A DNA stretch of 64,000 bases from Gemmatimonadota bacterium. Its GTDB lineage: Bacteria; Gemmatimonadota; Gemmatimonadetes; Gemmatimonadales; GWC2-71-9. A program made the position numbers and the translations under genes. Location of the stretch: the NCBI GenBank assembly GCA_003221005.1, contig QHTZ01000099.1, positions 2,829 through 66,828 on the forward strand. The letters run 5' to 3'. Below the pieces are notes generated by a model. It searched no databases, was not told where the DNA came from, and saw nothing but the letters and a program-made list of their open reading frames with translations. Below are positions 58,799 through 64,000 of the stretch, piece after piece (the first letter of the stretch is position 1; the number at the start of each line of letters is the position of its first letter).

Positions 58799-59916
58799 CT
58801 ACGCGTGAGGCGGCGGCTTGCGCCGCAGCAGCGCGCGCAATTTGAGGCTTCGCGCCAGGATGCCGAGCCCGGGCGCGTCGCCTTCGCGTCGTGGCGTGGC
58901 CCGATAGATCAGCACCAGAAGGATCCAGGTCAGCCAGCTCACCCGCTCCGGCCAGCTGAGCGAGCGCAGCATGAACCAGCCCTGCGTGTAGGGCGCGGTC
59001 CAGGGCAGCCACTCGCCCTGCAGCAGTACGAGCGGCCGGACGAGGACGCGGTTCGCCTCGTACCCGTGCGCGCTGGGGCGCGCCAGATTCCACAGACACG
59101 TCACCTTGCCCCACCCGTGATTGTCGCTCCCGCCCACGACCAGCAGGTCGTGCTGCCGCGCCAGCGCGTCCACGCGCGCGCGCGCTTGATCGGGGAACCC
59201 GATCGCCTTGGGGGCGCAGTTCGCGATTTCGAACCCGTCCACCCCGGCCCGCACGAAATCGTCGAGATCGTCCCAGTGGTTTTCCCAGTACTCCGGGATG
59301 GACGCGACGGCGATCGCGCCGCGCCGGTGGAGGTCGGCGAAGATGGCCAGCAGCGAGCGCGTGTCCCGGTTGTAGCGGTCGCGATCGATCGGAGTCAGTT
59401 CGCCGAGGGCGAGCAGGTGCTGGCGGTACACGCTCCACTCCACGCCCGGCAGCAGCCGGATCGGCGTCTCGATGTGGCCGTCATACAGATGGTTGTGATC
59501 GGTGACGTACGACGCCTCGAAGCCCTGGGCCGCGTGCCAGCGCGCGAGGTCAGCGGCGGTCCATCCCGGTCGCCCATCGTGCGACGCTTCCGTGTGCGCG
59601 TGATAGTCGATGACTGTGAACGACGAATCGGCGACCGCGATGCGCGGAACAGGGCGGGGCAGCAGGACGGTCGCGAACGCGGCACGCTCCAGACTGCGAG
59701 CAGCACCTGGGCGCGCCCAAGGCTCAGGAAGGTGAGGGCGTCCAAGACGTCCGAGAGGGGTGCGAGCAGCAGATACCCGAGGGGTCGGGTCAGGTCCGCG
59801 TCCGCCGCGGGGGCGCGGGTCACTGCGTCCACCAACGCCGGCAGTGGATCCACGGAGCTCCACACCACCAACACGATCAGCGCGAGCGCGATCGGGTGGC
59901 GGCGCAGCAGGTTCAC
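58799..59916 (-). pseudogene. Membrane PHP-domain protein, frameshifted/deleted near 59685
   Basis: N-terminal TM part (GTG 59916) lies in a different frame from the PHP motifs DYHAHT, TDHN, GVE, GSDNH. Confidence 0.75.
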
Positions 59917-59940
59917 TCGTAGAATCCGAGGGTGAGGGCG

Positions 59941-60474
59941 ATGGAAGCTATTGCCGGAAGCGCCGCCGTGTCGAGCCTCTCCCGGTTCGCCGGGATCCCG
60001 GACCTGGTGCTGGGCCCGCTCGCCCAGCGCCCCGACGCCGATTGGTACCGGGCGCCGCGCGGCAGGTGGTGCCCGGCGCAAATCGTCCAGCATGTGGCGC
60101 TGGGTATCGAATACAGTGCACGGACGTTCGAGGCACGCCGTCACCACGCGCCGATGCGCCGCCGGCGGCGTTCGGCGCGGCAACTCGTCGGCTACGAGCT
60201 GGTGATGCACGTGGGCTGGCTGCCCTCGGGGTTCCAAGCCCCGACGGCGACTCGCCCTGCCGAGCGCCCGGAGCGGCAGGCGGTCGAGCGGCAGCTCTGC
60301 GACGGGGTCGAACTGTTGCAGACGCTTGCGGGCGAGCTGCTGCCGGCCCGCGGCACCGACCTCTTCGTCAAACACCCCGCGCTCGGCGACCTCACGCTCC
60401 CCGAGTGGCTCGTCTTCCATCTGTGGCACTGCGCGCACCACGCGAAACAGATCCGGGCGCGTCTAGAGGCATGA
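59941..60474 (+). CDS. DinB-family protein
   Basis: GRWCPAQIVQH, HP.LG.LT, HCAHH. Confidence 0.85.
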   Translation: MEAIAGSAAVSSLSRFAGIPDLVLGPLAQRPDADWYRAPRGRWCPAQIVQHVALGIEYSARTFEARRHHAPMRRRRRSARQLVGYELVMHVGWLPSGFQAPTATRPAERPERQAVERQLCDGVELLQTLAGELLPARGTDLFVKHPALGDLTLPEWLVFHLWHCAHHAKQIRARLEA

Positions 60475-60629
60475 GCCGCAGCAAGAAGGACAAGGTCACA
60501 GTCCGTGTACCGAACCCCGAGGCCCCCGTGAAGGGTCGCCTCAGGACACCGTCGCACAAGGTGCATCGCTCGAAGAAGGCGTATCGGCGGCAGGAGAAGC
60601 ATCGGCGGCCCGCTGAGGAGGGTGAATAG
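60471..60629 (+). CDS. Small basic protein (52 aa)
   Basis: ATGA coupling to dinB; KVHRSKKAYRRQEKH. Confidence 0.65.
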   Translation: MSRSKKDKVTVRVPNPEAPVKGRLRTPSHKVHRSKKAYRRQEKHRRPAEEGE

Positions 60630-61306
60630 GCCCGTGAGCGCAACGTCGCGAGTCCTGACGCTGATGGTCTTGTGCGGACCGGCTCTCCTGACGGGGGTCG
60701 AGGCTCAGGGCGTGCGCGTGGCGGGTCACGTCACGATCCTTGAGAAGCACCGCAAGCCTGCGGGCGACGTCGGTGACGCAGTTGTTTACCTCGAGGGCGG
60801 CGCGCCGGCGGCGGCGCGCCCCGGTGCGTTCGAGATCGCGACCAGCGACAAGGAGTTCGTGCCGCGCGTGCTGGTCGTGCCTCTGGGTTCGACGGTGAAG
60901 TTCCCCAATCACGACCCGTTCGACCACAACGTTTTCTCGGTGAGCGATCCCAACCAATTCGACTTGGGCAAGTACGGGCGCGGCGACGCGAAGGGCCACA
61001 TCTTCGCGAGCCCGGGCTTGGTGCGGGTGTTCTGCAACGTCCACCCCCGCATGGTGGCGTTCGTGCTGGTGATGGCGACTCGCTTCTTCACCCAGCCGGC
61101 GGCGGAAGGCAGTTTTGCCATCGAGGCTGTGCCGCCCGGGCGTTACACGCTGCACGTCTGGCACGACCGCACTCCCGAAGTCGCGCGGGAGGTGGTGGTC
61201 GGCTCCGCGGGGGTCGCCGACCTCCCGATCGAGCTCGACGCCCGCGGCTTTCGCTGGGTGGCCCACAAGAACAAGTACGGCGAGGACTATCCCACGAATG
61301 CTGGGC
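60622..61306 (+). CDS. Secreted cupredoxin-like / carboxypeptidase-regulatory-like protein (3' end lost at a junction)
   Basis: FVPRV, FPNHD..HNVFS, FDLG.Y, FCNVHP.M, PGRYTL.VWH; the frame runs into non-protein-like sequence after YPTNAG. Confidence 0.8.
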
Positions 61307-63232
61307 TTCGGCGTGACGTCGCTGCGCGCCAATCGCACCGCCGACGAATCCATCCATCGGGCGCTCGCGAATACGCGACGCGCCGTGGTCGACTTCCTCG
61401 CCGCACGCACTCGCGCCCTGGCGGGCTTGAGCCAAGTCTCCGCGCGGGTCCCCCAGTTCCGCGAGCGCCTGCTCACCAGCCGCGAGCGCGCCAACGTTCT
61501 GGACCAGGCGCAGGAGTACCGCGACCTCATCGGCGCCGCCTGGATCCTCGTGACCGACGACCAAGGCATCCTCCGCGCTCGGACCGACTATCCGGAGCAG
61601 TACGACCGCGACCTGTCCCGGGGCGCTCTCATCGGGGGGGCCCTGTCCGGCACGGAGACCGAGGGAGCGTGGCTCGACGACGTGGCGCGTCGGCTGTACA
61701 TGGCCGTCGCGACCCCGCTCGCCGCGTCGGCCCAAGCCGCGCCCCAGGGCGTGCTCGTGGCGGCCTACGCGCTCGACGACTCGCTCGCGCAGGCCGTGAA
61801 GCAGGCCACCAACTCCGACGTCGTCTTCTTCGCGCTCGACACGCTGAACCATCCCTACGTCGTGGGCAGCACGCTCCCGCGGGACGAGGTCGGCGCGGCG
61901 CTCGCCGCCGACAGCGGGGGGATGGGGTCCCTCACGAGCGATTCGAGCGGGATGGAGCTATCGGCGCAGGTCGGGGGCGAACACTTGATCGGTCTCGGGG
62001 GACCGATTCGCTCGGCGGGGAACGACGTGTACGGGGGCTTCGTGCCGTTCCGGTCGCACGAGGCCGAGCTCGCGGCGTTTCGCACGCTGCAGCGCACTAT
62101 GGTGCTGGCGCTGGCGTTCGGCGTGCTGCTCTCGCTCGCCCTCGCCTTCTTACTCGCGCGCCATATCGCGCGGCCCGTGCAGCGGCTCGCGCTCGCCACG
62201 CGTCGCGTGCAGGACGGCGACTACTCCGTCGACGTCGAGGTGAGGTCCGGCGACGAGATCGGCGTGCTGTCGCAGGCGTTCAAGAGCCTGGTCGAAGACC
62301 TGAAGGAGAAGGCGGCGCTCGTGGAGTACATGATGTCGGCGTCGGGCGCGATGGCCACGCAGCCGCTCAGCGCGATGGCAGCCCCAGCCGCGGGGGGCGA
62401 GGGACTCAAACCGGGGACTGTGTTCGCGGGCCGGTATGACGTGAAGGAAGTGCTCGGGACGGGCGGGATGGGGGTCGTGTACCGCGCGTTCGATCGCGAG
62501 CTGCAGGAGCCGGTCGCCATCAAGACGTTGCGCCCCGACGCGCTGGCCGGTGACGCCGTCGCGGTCGAGCGGTTCAAGCAGGAGATCCGGCTGGCGCGCA
62601 AGATCGCTCACCGCAACGTGGTCCGCACTTACGACCTGGGTGAGACGGGCGGGATGTACTACCTCACCATGGAGTACGTGGAGGGAACCTCCCTCAAGCA
62701 GCTCATCGCGTCGCGCGGCCGGCTGCCGATCCCCGTCACGCTGACGGTCGGGAAGCAGCTGTGCCGCGCGCTCGAGGTGGCGCACGAGCAGGGCGTGATC
62801 CACCGCGACATCAAGCCCCAGAACATCGTCGTGGAGCCGAGCGGCTTTCTTAAGGTGATGGACTTCGGGATCGCGCGGCTCGCGCATCCCCCCCAGGGGA
62901 AGGGGCTGACGCAGGAGGGCACCTCGATCGGCACGCCGGACTACATGTCACCCGAGCAGCTGTCGGGCATGGAGCTCGACGCGCGCAGCGATCTGTACGC
63001 AGCGGGCGTGGTGCTGTTCGAGTGCGTGACGGGACGAGTGCCGTTCGAGGCCGAGACGACATGGGCGCTGGTCGCGAAGCAGCTCGAGGAGGAGCCACCA
63101 GATCCGCGTGGGGTCAACAGTGACATTCCGGAACGGTTGGCTCGCCTCATCCTACGGGCCATGGCGAAGACCCCAGGCGACAGGTACCAGTCGGCGGGGG
63201 AGATGCACGATGCGCTTGCTGCCATCGGATAG
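61298..63232 (+). CDS. Cache-like sensor-HAMP-Ser/Thr kinase (N-terminal TM apparently lost)
   Basis: TM and HAMP (DEIGVL); LGTGGMG, HRDIKPQN, DFG, GTPDYMSPE. Confidence 0.88.
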   Translation: MLGFGVTSLRANRTADESIHRALANTRRAVVDFLAARTRALAGLSQVSARVPQFRERLLTSRERANVLDQAQEYRDLIGAAWILVTDDQGILRARTDYPEQYDRDLSRGALIGGALSGTETEGAWLDDVARRLYMAVATPLAASAQAAPQGVLVAAYALDDSLAQAVKQATNSDVVFFALDTLNHPYVVGSTLPRDEVGAALAADSGGMGSLTSDSSGMELSAQVGGEHLIGLGGPIRSAGNDVYGGFVPFRSHEAELAAFRTLQRTMVLALAFGVLLSLALAFLLARHIARPVQRLALATRRVQDGDYSVDVEVRSGDEIGVLSQAFKSLVEDLKEKAALVEYMMSASGAMATQPLSAMAAPAAGGEGLKPGTVFAGRYDVKEVLGTGGMGVVYRAFDRELQEPVAIKTLRPDALAGDAVAVERFKQEIRLARKIAHRNVVRTYDLGETGGMYYLTMEYVEGTSLKQLIASRGRLPIPVTLTVGKQLCRALEVAHEQGVIHRDIKPQNIVVEPSGFLKVMDFGIARLAHPPQGKGLTQEGTSIGTPDYMSPEQLSGMELDARSDLYAAGVVLFECVTGRVPFEAETTWALVAKQLEEEPPDPRGVNSDIPERLARLILRAMAKTPGDRYQSAGEMHDALAAIG

Positions 63233-63235
63233 CTA

Positions 63236-63372
63236 AGACAAGCGGGGCAATGCAAAGACTAGACGCACAGTGGTGAACAGTCAGAGGGGTCAGTAAGAGC
63301 TTTTCCTGACCGCTCACGGCTATCAACCGCTATGCGTCTGTCCGTCTAGCTTTTGCATTGCCCCGCTTGTCT
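63236..63372. mobile_element. 137-bp palindromic element (MITE/REP-like)
   Basis: 30-bp terminal inverted repeats matching 28/30, with further internal pairing. Confidence 0.55.
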
Positions 63373-64000
63373 AGACTCCTGCAAACCACGGATACCCCTG
63401 ATCTTCCCAGTAACCGCCTGGTCGTTTTTCAGTGAATGTCATCGAAACTAGGTACTTGGTCATTTTGTATCCCAATTTCGTCGGCGAGTACAGCCGCAGC
63501 GGTGCTCCGTGTCCGGGCTCGAGCGGTTTGTCGTTCATTGCGTACGCGAGGATCGTCTGCGGGTGCAGCGCGCTCGCCATATCCCAGCCGTTCGAATAGT
63601 CGGAGTCGAATGACACGAAGTTGATGTAGCGCGCATTGGGGAGCGGCTGGCACCGCTCCACCATGGCGGCGACGGGGACGCCATGCCACGTCGCGATCGC
63701 CGTCCAGCCCTCCACACAATGGTGCTTCACCGTGTAGGATGCCCGCGGCATCCGCATCAGATCATCGAGCGACAGCACCAGGCTCTGCCGCACCAGCCCG
63801 TCCACTTTGAGGCGCCAGGCGCCGGGGTCCGCGAGGACGGGCATCGTCCGCGACACGAAGTAGCGTGGGAACGAGGTCGAGCGCCAGGACGGATCGTAGG
63901 TCCGCGCGAGGCGCGTCGGCGAGTACAGGATTTTCTCTCCTACCCAGTCATTCAGGCGACTCACGGCCAGGAGCTGGGGGCGAATCGCGTCGCCGCCGTC
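63371..64000 (-). CDS. Sulfite-oxidase-family molybdopterin oxidoreductase (MsrP/YedY-like), 5'-partial
   Basis: HHCVEGW, LHPQTILAY, HGAPLRL, GYK..K, GGYWED.GY. Confidence 0.88.
   Translation of the reverse strand, partial: DGGDAIRPQLLAVSRLNDWVGEKILYSPTRLARTYDPSWRSTSFPRYFVSRTMPVLADPGAWRLKVDGLVRQSLVLSLDDLMRMPRASYTVKHHCVEGWTAIATWHGVPVAAMVERCQPLPNARYINFVSFDSDYSNGWDMASALHPQTILAYAMNDKPLEPGHGAPLRLYSPTKLGYKMTKYLVSMTFTEKRPGGYWEDQGYPWFAGV

Noticed and set aside
60622-62439. 605-aa ORF as a single protein
   Set aside because: Sequence after about 61306 is an off-frame reading of the kinase gene.

Overview
High-GC (~70% by eye) bacterial chromosomal segment with about 55 CDS. No rRNA, tRNA, CRISPR array or transposase was recognised. 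Three Hanks-type Ser/Thr kinases, a CHAT-TPR protein, a plant/chlamydial-type FabI and the gene order suggest Gemmatimonadota, probably a metagenome-assembled contig (inference). Content, left to right: ppk1 (5'-partial); an accessory kinase/PKD/CHAT-TPR block; tauE-like; pncA-aminotransferase-serA; a six-gene lipid-modification operon; MCP; leuS; VIT1; ECF sigma module; HO-like diiron protein plus hybrid kinase; padR-FAD oxidoreductase; hcrCAB-like molybdoenzyme; Hpt-REC/HEAT/GT2; fabH-fabI; peptidases; wHTH-uppS; HAMP kinase; 5'-partial sulfite-oxidase-family gene. The best candidate for an undescribed system is a complete cysteine-sensing attenuator (sigma70 promoter, 28-aa leader with four TGT Cys codons, alternative hairpins, intrinsic terminator) upstream of the TauE/TSUP permease. 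Other leads are an exported CHAT protease beside a TRG-motif protein, 6-9-bp tandem repeats that sit in-frame inside genes as inverted pairs, and a 137-bp MITE-like palindrome. At least seven genes show internal deletions or frameshifts, most likely assembly collapses.
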